DNA of 64,000 nucleotides from contig JANSXN010000003.1 in assembly GCA_024742935.1 (NCBI GenBank), positions 4,757 through 68,756 on the forward strand, given 5' to 3'. A program made the position numbers and the translations under genes. Below the pieces are notes generated by a model. It had not been told where the DNA came from and did no database searches. It saw nothing but the letters and a program-made list of their open reading frames with translations. This DNA is from Flavobacteriaceae bacterium. Lineage in GTDB: Bacteria > Bacteroidota > Bacteroidia > Flavobacteriales > Flavobacteriaceae. Positions 8,928 to 17,435 of this stretch are shown here, in pieces (positions within the stretch are counted from its first letter, which is position 1; the number at the start of each line of letters is the position of its first letter).

Positions 8928-9964
8928 TGTATCAATTTGAAGACACTACATATTTTATAGTACTTGCAGTCATACCGCTGTTAATAGTCGTGTATCTGAT
9001 TTTTACAGTATGGAAAAACCGCGCTCAAAAAAACTTTGCTCAGAGGGAAGCTCTCAATAGATTGAGCCCTTCCAAATCAACATTTAAAAGCATTTTAAAA
9101 CTCACTTTGGTTTGCCTTGCGTTCTTTTTATTGGTAATAGCACTTGTCAATCCAAGAATTGGCACCAAAACCGAAGAAATTAAACGGGAAGGTGTTGATG
9201 TAGTATTTGCTATTGATGTTTCCAAAAGTATGCTCGCAGAAGACATTGCTCCCAACAGGCTTGAAAAATCAAAACAAATCGTCAACCAGTTGCTCAATAA
9301 ACTGGGTGGTGACAGGGTGGGTATTATTGGATATGCCGGAAGTGCATTCCCCCAATTGCCCATCACAACAGATTATAATGCTGCACGAATGTTTTTAAGT
9401 GCAATGAATACAGAGATGGTTTCTTCTCAGGGCACAGCTATTGCAGAAGCCATTGAATTATCAAAAACCTATTTTGATCAGGAAAACCCCACCAGCAAAG
9501 TATTAATCATCATCTCTGACGGGGAAGATCATCAGGGAAATGCAACAACCATTTCTACTGAAGCTTCAAATCAAGGTATTAAAATAATCTCAATCGCAGT
9601 GGGAAAAACTTCAGGTGGTCCCATACCAATTAAAAGAAATGGCATTCTGCAGGAATATATGCGAGACAGCAATGGAGAGCGTGTCATCACCCGAATGGAA
9701 GAGGATGTACTCAGAGAAGTCGCTACAAAAACCGAGGGTCTGTTTCTCTATGGCGAAATCACTTCAGATGTTGTTGAGGAAGTCTCAAAATTCTTAAACA
9801 CATTAGATAAAGAAGCCTTTGATTCAGTTCAATTTTCTGAATTTAAAAATCAGTTTCAATGGTTTCTGGGCGTGGCGTTGCTACTTTTGTTTATTGATAT
9901 ATTTCTTTTAGAGAGAAAGACTTTCTGGCTAGAGAAGTTGAACCTTTTTAATGAAAAGAAATGA
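8927..9964 (+). CDS. batB: vWA-domain protein BatB
   Basis: MIDAS DVSKSM, QLPITTD, ISDGEDH; translationally coupled to batA. Confidence 0.9.
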   Translation: MYQFEDTTYFIVLAVIPLLIVVYLIFTVWKNRAQKNFAQREALNRLSPSKSTFKSILKLTLVCLAFFLLVIALVNPRIGTKTEEIKREGVDVVFAIDVSKSMLAEDIAPNRLEKSKQIVNQLLNKLGGDRVGIIGYAGSAFPQLPITTDYNAARMFLSAMNTEMVSSQGTAIAEAIELSKTYFDQENPTSKVLIIISDGEDHQGNATTISTEASNQGIKIISIAVGKTSGGPIPIKRNGILQEYMRDSNGERVITRMEEDVLREVATKTEGLFLYGEITSDVVEEVSKFLNTLDKEAFDSVQFSEFKNQFQWFLGVALLLLFIDIFLLERKTFWLEKLNLFNEKK

Positions 9965-10770
9965 TGAAAAAGCAAGTCCTTTATATAGCACTCTTGGTTT
10001 TCTCTTTTGCATTTTCACAAACAAAAGAGCAAGAGACTCTCGCTAAAGAAAATCAGGAGCTTTTATCTCAAGCTCAAAAAAACATTGAAAAAGGTGATTT
10101 TGCTTCCGCGGAAGCGAAATACAGAAAAGTAATTGGCCGTGACCCAAAAAACACCGAAGCCAAATATAACTTAGGAAACCTCTATTATAGTATGGGCAAA
10201 AGTAATGAAGCTCAAAAACGCTACATACAAGCAATTGAAACCGCCCAGTCAAAGTCTGAAAAACACAAGATTTACCACAACCTGGGAAATGTGTTTATGA
10301 ACGAAAAACAATACCGCCCGGCCGTTGAAGCTTATAAAAATGCGTTGCGAAACAACCCAACAGATGATGAAACGAGGTACAATTTAGCTTTAGCCAAAAA
10401 AATGCTGGAAGAACACGGTGATGACGGTGGAGGCGGTGATGATCAAAATGAGGAAAATCAAGACGAAAAACAAGAAGGCGATAACGAAGAAGAACAGGAC
10501 CAGGGTGATGAAGGAAATGAAAATGAAGACAAAGGTGATGAAGGAGATGATGATGAACAAGATGCTCCTGAAAAAGATGAGGAAGGTGAACCCAAAGAGC
10601 CTCAAGATGGTGAAGAAGATGGAACTCCTCAACCCAGAGAAGGAAAGCTTTCTCCCCAACAAATTCAAAGCTTGCTTGAAGCCATGAACAATGAAGAGAA
10701 AAAAGTTCAGGATAAAATAAATGCTGAAAAACAAAAAGGAGCCAAAGTAAAGCCTGAAAAAGACTGGTAA
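9961..10770 (+). CDS. batC: TPR protein BatC with an acidic low-complexity linker
   Basis: Signal peptide, TPRs (YNLGN, HNLGN, RYNLA), D/E/Q/G-rich tract, C-terminal KDW. Confidence 0.9.
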   Translation: MMKKQVLYIALLVFSFAFSQTKEQETLAKENQELLSQAQKNIEKGDFASAEAKYRKVIGRDPKNTEAKYNLGNLYYSMGKSNEAQKRYIQAIETAQSKSEKHKIYHNLGNVFMNEKQYRPAVEAYKNALRNNPTDDETRYNLALAKKMLEEHGDDGGGGDDQNEENQDEKQEGDNEEEQDQGDEGNENEDKGDEGDDDEQDAPEKDEEGEPKEPQDGEEDGTPQPREGKLSPQQIQSLLEAMNNEEKKVQDKINAEKQKGAKVKPEKDW

Positions 10771-10819
10771 ATAGAGTAGTAAGAATTGAGTATTAAGTAT
10801 TAAGAATAAAGTGTTTAGG
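10771..10819. repeat. Degenerate 7-nt repeat array
   Basis: ATAGAGT AGTAAGA ATTGAGT ATTAAGT ATTAAGA ATAAAGT GTTTAGG starting at the first base after the batC stop. Confidence 0.7.
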
Positions 10820-10978
10820 CTTTATAAAATCAATTAAAACCAATAAAATATTTCGCCATTAACTAATCTCCTTTTGTCTTAAAATGAGCTTTTTATGAAT
10901 TTTTTTAATTTTTTTAAGTAAAAATTAATATGATTGTATGAAATTGAGTTTTACATTCGCACTTGCTCATATTGTACA

Positions 10979-12754
10979 ATGAAAACAAGATTAATATTCA
11001 CAACACTGCTCTTTCTGCTTGCAAGCCCATTGTTTGCACAGGTAAGCTTTGTTGCTAAGGTAAGCAAAGAAAAACTAGGCGTAAATGAGCGTTTGCGTGT
11101 AGATTTTGAGATGAATCAGGATGGAGATAACTTTCAACCTCCTCAATTTACTGGATTCAAAGTGGTTGCAGGACCCAACCAATCGGTTAGCAATATGTGG
11201 ATTAATGGAAAGCGCACCTATTCTAAAACCTTTAGTTACTTTTTATCTCCCACAGCCAGAGGCACTTTTACCATAGGACAAGCATCCATTGAAATTGATG
11301 GCGAAATTTATAAAACGGTTCCCATTAATGTTGAAGTTGGCGCTGCAGTTGACACCCCAAAAGACGGTGACAATATAGACATTGCTTCTCAGGGTGACCT
11401 CCATCTGGTTGCTGAAATATCAAAAGCAAGCCCTTATCTCAACGAGGCAATCACTGTTGTTTACAAGCTTTACTTTTCTCCTGAAACATCTATTAGTGGT
11501 TACAGAGTGATAGACAATCCCACTTTTGCTGACTTCTGGAGTCAAAACATCGACAACAATCAAATCCAGGTACAGGAAGGCACTTATCAAGGAAAACCCT
11601 ATTTATATACCATTTTGAGGAACACCTTATTGTATCCTCAAAAAACAGGAAAAATTCAAATTGAACCTCTTTCGCTTGATGTACAGTTACAAGTGAGAAC
11701 AAACAGAAGAGATATTTTTGGGCGACCTTTTATGACCCGAACAAACAGAACGCTCTCTTCTGTAAATAGAACCATAGACGTCAAGCCTCTGCCACTTGAC
11801 GGCCAACCGGCAAATTTTTCTGGAGCTGTTGGCACATTTAATTTAGATGTAAAAACAAGCAAAACAAAACTTGATGCCAGAGAATCTCTGGAATTAACTG
11901 TTGAAATTTCAGGTACAGGAAACTTAAAGCTTTTCAGACCTCCTTCAATAACATCCCCAACTACTTTTGAAGTGTATGAGCCTGAGTTCATTGATCGTGT
12001 TACCACTACTCAATCAGGCATGAGAGGTTCTATTTCTGAGAACTATACCTTGGTCCCCCAGTTTCAGGGAGATTATACAATTGACCCTGTTATTTTCAGC
12101 TATTTTGATCCCACTTCAGGTAGCTATAAAACCATCACTTCCGGTGAACTCTTGATTGAGGTGGAACAAGGCCCTGTGGCAAGTACACCAGCTGCCGGTA
12201 CTGGTTCTCAAGCTGTATATAGACAACCAGTTGTCATGGCAAATGAGCAATTTAAGTATATCAAGTTAGATGCAAACCTTAAAGCAATTGACAGTCCGCG
12301 CTTTTTTAATTCTGTTGCGTTTTGGTCACTTTTTACCGGACCGTTGTTGCTTATCCCATTGTTTATTTTCATAGGAAGAAAACAAAAAAATCTTCAGGCA
12401 GATATCGCAGGACAACGACTCAAAAAAGCAAACAGACTGGCCAAAAAGTATCTTTCTGAAGCTAAGAAAAACAGAGGAAATCAAGCCCATTTCTATGATG
12501 CCCTTGAGCGTGCCTTGCACAACTATCTCAAAGCAAAATTATCGATAGAGACTTCAGATTTCTCCAAAGAACGCATTGAAGGAATTTTACTGGACAGACA
12601 AGTCTCTTCACAAGCAAGCTCAGATTTTATTGCATTACTAAAGAGCTGTGAGTATGCAAGATATACCCCAACTACAGAAGGAGCTATCCAGCTTGATTAT
12701 GATAAAGCTGCAGAGGTAATTTCTACTATTGATAAACAAATTAAAAAGGCATGA
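10979..12754 (+). CDS. batD: BatD family protein
   Basis: Signal peptide, repeated Ig-like BatD domains, GAVG motif, C-terminal TM helix and KCEYARY-like tail (SCEYARY). Start moved to ATG 10979. Confidence 0.9.
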   Translation: MKTRLIFTTLLFLLASPLFAQVSFVAKVSKEKLGVNERLRVDFEMNQDGDNFQPPQFTGFKVVAGPNQSVSNMWINGKRTYSKTFSYFLSPTARGTFTIGQASIEIDGEIYKTVPINVEVGAAVDTPKDGDNIDIASQGDLHLVAEISKASPYLNEAITVVYKLYFSPETSISGYRVIDNPTFADFWSQNIDNNQIQVQEGTYQGKPYLYTILRNTLLYPQKTGKIQIEPLSLDVQLQVRTNRRDIFGRPFMTRTNRTLSSVNRTIDVKPLPLDGQPANFSGAVGTFNLDVKTSKTKLDARESLELTVEISGTGNLKLFRPPSITSPTTFEVYEPEFIDRVTTTQSGMRGSISENYTLVPQFQGDYTIDPVIFSYFDPTSGSYKTITSGELLIEVEQGPVASTPAAGTGSQAVYRQPVVMANEQFKYIKLDANLKAIDSPRFFNSVAFWSLFTGPLLLIPLFIFIGRKQKNLQADIAGQRLKKANRLAKKYLSEAKKNRGNQAHFYDALERALHNYLKAKLSIETSDFSKERIEGILLDRQVSSQASSDFIALLKSCEYARYTPTTEGAIQLDYDKAAEVISTIDKQIKKA

Positions 12755-13500
12755 AAAAAATAATCTGTTTGTTGTTTATAGCAATGAGCCTCTTTGCCTT
12801 TTCGCAAAACGAGCAAAAGTTTGATCAGGGTAAAGTGCATTACAAAGAGTCCAATTATGAAGCGGCTATTTCCTCATGGGAGTCCATTTTAGAATCTGGT
12901 GAGCACTCTGCTGCCTTATATTTCAACTTAGGAAACGCTTACTATCGCATTGATCAAATTGCACCAAGCATTTATTATTATGAAAAAGCGTTGCAGCTTG
13001 CTCCCGGTGACTCTGAAATAAAAAACAATTTGGCGTTTGCTCAAAATCAAACGATTGATATTATTGAACCTTTGCCAAAAAATTTATTCAGTTCTTGGAT
13101 TGAGAGAACCACACAACTTTTTTCTTTTAACAATTGGGCAAAAACTGCTGTCGTATTTATAATTGGTTTTGTACTGTTGTTTTTGTTATACTACTTTTCA
13201 GTTGCTGCAATGAAAAAGCGTCTGTTCTTTATAAGTTCTTTTCTTTCTTTATTCCTTTCATTGGGCTGCGTATTTTTTGCCTTTAATAATTATGCTCAGG
13301 TCAATGACGCTAAAACTGCCATATTATTTGCATCGAGTTCGCAGGTGAGAAGTGAGCCTTTAGAGAGAGCAGATATCTCTTTTGTTATTCACGAAGGCAC
13401 CAAAGTAAAAATCATTTCTGAAGAAGAGGAGTGGGTGCGTATAAAACTTGCCGATGGTAAAGATGGATGGATGATTAAAACAGGTTTAAAACAATTATAA
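12751..13500 (+). CDS. batE: BatE (TPR, two TM helices, SH3b)
   Basis: LYFNLGNAYYR TPR and C-terminal IHEGTKV...DGKDGW SH3b. Confidence 0.9.
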   Translation: MKKIICLLFIAMSLFAFSQNEQKFDQGKVHYKESNYEAAISSWESILESGEHSAALYFNLGNAYYRIDQIAPSIYYYEKALQLAPGDSEIKNNLAFAQNQTIDIIEPLPKNLFSSWIERTTQLFSFNNWAKTAVVFIIGFVLLFLLYYFSVAAMKKRLFFISSFLSLFLSLGCVFFAFNNYAQVNDAKTAILFASSSQVRSEPLERADISFVIHEGTKVKIISEEEEWVRIKLADGKDGWMIKTGLKQL

Positions 13501-13547
13501 GTTTTTAAAATTATTATTATTTTAACAGTAATATTCTTCAGCCTGTT

Positions 13548-13555
13548 TATTTTTG
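13548..13555 (+). promoter_or_regulatory. Bacteroidota sigma-70 -7 element
   Basis: TATTTTTG matches TAnnTTTG, 20 nt upstream of ATG 13576. Confidence 0.6.
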
Positions 13556-13575
13556 CATTCAAATTAATAGACTTA

Positions 13576-13875
13576 ATGCGTCGTTTTCTCAGCATATTTT
13601 TAATTTTACTTTTTGGAGCATTTATAGCTACCCCCACCTTTGTTGTTTTAAATGAAATTCCAATTGACATTTCCAATTTACATACAAGTACTGAAGAAGA
13701 AAAATCTCAGAAACAGAGTACTTTTGAAGAATCTGAAACTAAACGAATACACAATTTCCATGCTTTTGAAGCTACTTTTGAAGGTCTGTTTCAAAAGAAT
13801 ATTTTAAAAAGTCCAAATTCACTTTGGAACGTTATCTACTTTGATATTCATATCCCACCTCCAGAATTAGTCTAG
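13576..13875 (+). CDS. Small membrane-anchored protein ending in ...FDIHIPPPELV (candidate leader/arrest peptide)
   Basis: 99 aa: N-terminal hydrophobic helix, acidic EEE segment, PPP three residues before the stop; has its own promoter. Confidence 0.65.
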   Translation: MRRFLSIFLILLFGAFIATPTFVVLNEIPIDISNLHTSTEEEKSQKQSTFEESETKRIHNFHAFEATFEGLFQKNILKSPNSLWNVIYFDIHIPPPELV

Positions 13876-13893
13876 TTTTTTATCTTAGTTTTT

Positions 13894-13955
13894 TTCCTGA
13901 GCATTCATTTTTATGCTTATCATAAGCAAACTGAATCACTTTGTCAGGAATTTTT
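13894..13955 (+). promoter_or_regulatory. Extended irregular hairpin with U-tract (possible attenuator)
   Basis: TTCCTGA 13894-900 pairs with TCAGGAA 13944-50; ATTCA pairs with TGAAT; apical TGCTTAT-C-ATAAGCA; followed by TTTTT. Confidence 0.4.
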
Positions 13956-14031
13956 CACAATCGCTCTCAGTAGAGTACTCTATTTTGTTCTGATTTAGAA
14001 ATAATAAATTAAATTCATAAATTATAGATTA

Positions 14032-14691
14032 ATGAAAAACTTAGCATTGGTAATTTTACTCCTTGTAGTTTCAAAACCCGGAAACTCCCAAGACAGTGAT
14101 ATTGGCAACTGGTTGATTTATTTTGGAAACAAACAAATCAATGAAAAATGGAACCTGCACCACGAAGTTCAATATCGAAATTTCAACTTTATTGGTGATA
14201 CAGAGCAATTGTTGTTGAGAGCCGGTTTGGGTTACGATTTAAGTGAAAACAACAACAATCTATTGTTGGGTTACGGTTTCATTTATAATGAACCCTACAT
14301 AGCAAATACAAATGAAAAAATAAATTTTAACGAACACCGTATTTACCAACAATTTATCACTCGTCAAAAATTTAACAATCTTTCTGTTCAACACCGCTAT
14401 CGTTTTGAACAACGTTTCATTGAAGAGGATTTTAAACTTCGGCTCCGTTATTTTCTAGGGCTCAACTATACATTGAGTAATAAGGAAATTCTAGATAATA
14501 CACTGTATCTTTCTATGTACAATGAAGTTTTCCTGAATACTGAAGCTAATTTTTTTGATAGAAATCGTATTTATGGCGGAGTTGGGTACCGAGTTAATTC
14601 AAAAGTAAGATCCGAAATAGGTCTAATGAACCAATTAACCTCTGGAGGCTCTGGAAACCAATTCAATATTATTACGTTTTTTAATTTTTAA
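14032..14691 (+). CDS. DUF2490 outer-membrane beta-barrel protein
   Basis: Signal peptide, EVQYR, EHRIYQQF, RYRFEQRF and NRIYGGVGY motifs; terminal Phe. Confidence 0.88.
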   Translation: MKNLALVILLLVVSKPGNSQDSDIGNWLIYFGNKQINEKWNLHHEVQYRNFNFIGDTEQLLLRAGLGYDLSENNNNLLLGYGFIYNEPYIANTNEKINFNEHRIYQQFITRQKFNNLSVQHRYRFEQRFIEEDFKLRLRYFLGLNYTLSNKEILDNTLYLSMYNEVFLNTEANFFDRNRIYGGVGYRVNSKVRSEIGLMNQLTSGGSGNQFNIITFFNF

Positions 14692-14751
14692 ATAATCGGA
14701 AAAGCTGAACACCGAAAAACAAGGTAAGCATCAATAATTAAAACTAAAACC

Positions 14752-15513
14752 ATGAAAAAAATATTTTTACTAAGCATATCTATGCTAATAACAACGCTCA
14801 TTTCTTGTAAAGAAGATTCTTCAAATAAAAAAGAATCAACAGCTCAGAATGTACAAGAAACTATTGAAATAGCACAAGTCCCATTGGTAAATGAGGTATT
14901 AACAAAAGAGGAGCGCGACGCTATGTCTCCAGACGATGTAATTGCTCTCTTTAAAGAAGGAAACGAGCGTTTTATGAATAACAATTTAACGCTTAGAGAT
15001 CATTCTGCACAAGTTAGAAAATCGGCTTCTGGTCAATTCCCAAAAGCAGTCGTATTATCTTGCTTAGACAGTCGTGTCCCTGTTGAAGATGTTTTTGACA
15101 GAGGAATTGGGGATATATTTGTGGGGCGTGTTGCAGGAAATTTTGTGAATGAAGATTTATTAGGAAGCATGGAATTTGGGTGTAAAGTAGCAGGATCAAA
15201 ATTAATTTTAGTAATGGGTCACGAGCATTGTGGAGCTGTTAAATCTGCCATTGATGATGTAAAACTTGGAAACATAACAAGCATGTTGTCAAAAATAAGA
15301 CCCACAGTAGAGACCACTCAATATGAGGGAGACAGAACTTCATCAAATCCAGAGTTTGTTCAACATGTTTGTGAAAACAATGTCTTAAACACTATTGCAG
15401 AAATAAGAGCAAAAAGTCCCATCTTAAAAGAAATGGAAGACAATGGTGAAATAAAAATTGCCGGAGCAGTTTATGATATGGATACCGGAAAAGTAGAGTT
15501 TCTAAATGAGTAA
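14752..15513 (+). CDS. Beta-class carbonic anhydrase, predicted lipoprotein
   Basis: Lipobox LISC; zinc ligands in CLDSR and HEHC; EGNERF. Confidence 0.9.
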   Translation: MKKIFLLSISMLITTLISCKEDSSNKKESTAQNVQETIEIAQVPLVNEVLTKEERDAMSPDDVIALFKEGNERFMNNNLTLRDHSAQVRKSASGQFPKAVVLSCLDSRVPVEDVFDRGIGDIFVGRVAGNFVNEDLLGSMEFGCKVAGSKLILVMGHEHCGAVKSAIDDVKLGNITSMLSKIRPTVETTQYEGDRTSSNPEFVQHVCENNVLNTIAEIRAKSPILKEMEDNGEIKIAGAVYDMDTGKVEFLNE

Positions 15514-15542
15514 CTCATTATAAATCAATTTAAGTGGTTGTT

Positions 15543-15592
15543 AAAAGCCATAAATGCATTATAATTTAAATAAAAGCATTTATGGCTTTTTT
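15543..15592 (+). terminator. Intrinsic terminator between the two carbonic anhydrase genes
   Basis: Perfect 15-bp stem AAAAGCCATAAATGC/GCATTTATGGCTTTT followed by further T residues. Confidence 0.75.
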
Positions 15593-15671
15593 GGTTTATT
15601 GAAGTAAGAAATATGCTTTATTTATAAAGGTGTTTTTTTAAAAAACCTATATTTGTTTTAATTAAAAAACA

Positions 15672-16307
15672 ATGGACACATTCTATAAATCACTTCTTGA
15701 CAACAACAAAAAATGGGTGGAAAGCAAACTGGCTTTAGACCCTGAATATTTTGAAAAACTTGCAAAAGGACAACAACCACCATTGTTGTGGATTGGATGT
15801 GCAGACAGCAGAGTTCCTGCAAATGAGATTATTGGAGCTCAACCCGGTGAAGTATTTGTACATAGAAACATTGCCAATATGGTTGTGCACACTGATATTA
15901 ATATGCTTAGTGTGGTTGATTATGCTGTAAATGTTTTAAAAGTAAAACATATTATTGTTTGTGGTCACTATAATTGCGGAGGTGTGCAAGCCGCTATGGG
16001 TAACAAGTCTTATGGTATTATTGACAACTGGATAAGGCATATAAAAAACACCTATCGCCTTCACAAAAAAGAGCTTGACGCCATTGAAGATGAGCACAAA
16101 CGCTTTGACCGTTATGTGGAGTTAAACGTAAGCGAACAGGTATTTGATCTTGCCAAAACGTCTATTGTTCAAAACGCTTGGAAAAACAATCAGGATTTAA
16201 TGCTTCACGGCTGGGTGTATTCAATCAAAAAAGGTGTCATTCAAGAGGTTGTTTCCAGAGTAGCAAACAACTCAAAACTCGATGAAGTGTATCAGTTAGA
16301 TTTCTAA
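15672..16307 (+). CDS. can: Cytoplasmic beta-carbonic anhydrase (Can/YadF type)
   Basis: CADSRVP, HRNIAN and GHYNCGG; own -7 box TATATTTG at 15648-15655. Confidence 0.92.
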   Translation: MDTFYKSLLDNNKKWVESKLALDPEYFEKLAKGQQPPLLWIGCADSRVPANEIIGAQPGEVFVHRNIANMVVHTDINMLSVVDYAVNVLKVKHIIVCGHYNCGGVQAAMGNKSYGIIDNWIRHIKNTYRLHKKELDAIEDEHKRFDRYVELNVSEQVFDLAKTSIVQNAWKNNQDLMLHGWVYSIKKGVIQEVVSRVANNSKLDEVYQLDF

Positions 16308-16817
16308 ATCCTCCTCCTCATTCACATACTCATTGAGCTCTTTAATCAATTTAGGGAGCACCATTGGCGCAAGAGAAGCAACAGGTTTGTATAATAAGGA
16401 TGCATCCTTTTTTTCTTCATCCATAAAAGAAAGCTCATTTTCTATAGCGTTTATAAAAAGAATTAACACACTCAAAAAGAAAGCTGTTTTAAGTACTCCA
16501 AATAAACCTCCCAGAAGTTTATTAACCAACCCCAAGGCAACTAAATCTAAGGTTTTAGTAAGAAGTTTTGCGATGGAGGAGATCAAAATTACAATCCCAA
16601 TAAATGTAATAGCAAATGCAGCCATGTTGAGTGTTTGCTCGCTCCAGTCTGTAAAAGAAGCTAAAAACCCGGCTACAAAATGAGAAAAATAAATAGCTCC
16701 CACTACTCCAAGTACAAGACCCAAAAGTGAGGCCAACTCAATAAAAAAACCTTTTCTAAAACCTTGAAACAAACCAATAGCAAGAAAAATAGCTAAAAAA
16801 ACATCTAGACTGTTCAT
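16296..16817 (-). CDS. cvpA: CvpA family membrane protein
   Basis: GFRKGF...LASL and NKLLGGLFG motifs, four TM helices. Confidence 0.88.
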   Translation of the reverse strand: MNSLDVFLAIFLAIGLFQGFRKGFFIELASLLGLVLGVVGAIYFSHFVAGFLASFTDWSEQTLNMAAFAITFIGIVILISSIAKLLTKTLDLVALGLVNKLLGGLFGVLKTAFFLSVLILFINAIENELSFMDEEKKDASLLYKPVASLAPMVLPKLIKELNEYVNEEEDLEI

Positions 16818-16922
16818 AAAATGGAGTTATAGCCTGTAAATATAGTAAAACTTGAAAAGGGGTTTGTATCTTTGTAAACATTAATTAGTAACATAGCTTT
16901 TTTTTAAACACAGGCAGAATAA

Positions 16923-17279
16923 ATGGCAAGAGATGAAGCATTAAAAACCCGTTGGGAAACCCTTGTAAAATTGTTGAGTAACAAATTTGCCGATGGCGAC
17001 AAACTCGATTTGGATGCCATAATTTATTTAGTTGGCATTCAGGAGTTGGGTCGTTTTCAACGCAAATTTAAGAAAGATGAAAAACTCGACCTTATGCACA
17101 TCGCTATTTGCAGGCTGCTGGAGCCTTTTGGATTTTATGAATTTGACTATCAAGATGAAGATGGCTGGCCACATTATACTGTTAAAGAACAATTGCCTCC
17201 TCTCAAAGCCGGCGAACAATCCATTTTAATGAAAGAGGCTATTGTACAATATTTTCTGGAGAAAAAGCTTATCACTTAA
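16923..17279 (+). CDS. Conserved hypothetical protein
   Basis: Clean ORF with a TATCTTTG promoter box at 16867-16874; GIQELG and HIAICRLLEP segments; no function recognised. Confidence 0.75.
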   Translation: MARDEALKTRWETLVKLLSNKFADGDKLDLDAIIYLVGIQELGRFQRKFKKDEKLDLMHIAICRLLEPFGFYEFDYQDEDGWPHYTVKEQLPPLKAGEQSILMKEAIVQYFLEKKLIT

Positions 17280-17289
17280 AATCACAAGC

Positions 17290-17390
17290 ACCAATTTCCA
17301 AATTCCAAAATCTTTTAACTTAAAAACTCAACACCCAACATCCAGCGCCCAACAATACTTCAAACTTTGTACCTCTAAGCTCGTACTTCT
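17290..17390. repeat. C-rich compound 7-nt periodic array
   Basis: ACCAATT TCCAAAT TCCAAAA; TCAACAC CCAACAT CCAGCGC CCAACAA; TACTTCA AACTTTG TACCTCT AAGCTCG TACTTCT. Confidence 0.6.
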
Positions 17391-17404
17391 AAAATAATAT
17401 TTAA

Positions 17405-17412
17405 TAAATTTG
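17405..17412 (+). promoter_or_regulatory. Bacteroidota -7 element for pheS
   Basis: TAAATTTG, 23 nt upstream of the ATG. Confidence 0.6.
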
Positions 17413-17435
17413 CCCTCAGATAAATCGCAATAAGG

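Noticed and set aside
10390-10734. Hydrophobic Phe/Ile-rich minus-strand ORF (114 aa) and Met/Lys-rich plus-strand ORF 10418-10687
   Set aside because: Both are shadows of the GAT/GAA-rich acidic tract of batC; the low-complexity codons happen to lack stops in other frames.
16296-16307. Tail-to-tail overlaps (can/cvpA 12 bp; hypothetical/gpsA 4 bp) as antisense regulation
   Set aside because: Short convergent overlaps are common in compact genomes, and nothing in the sequence indicates regulation.
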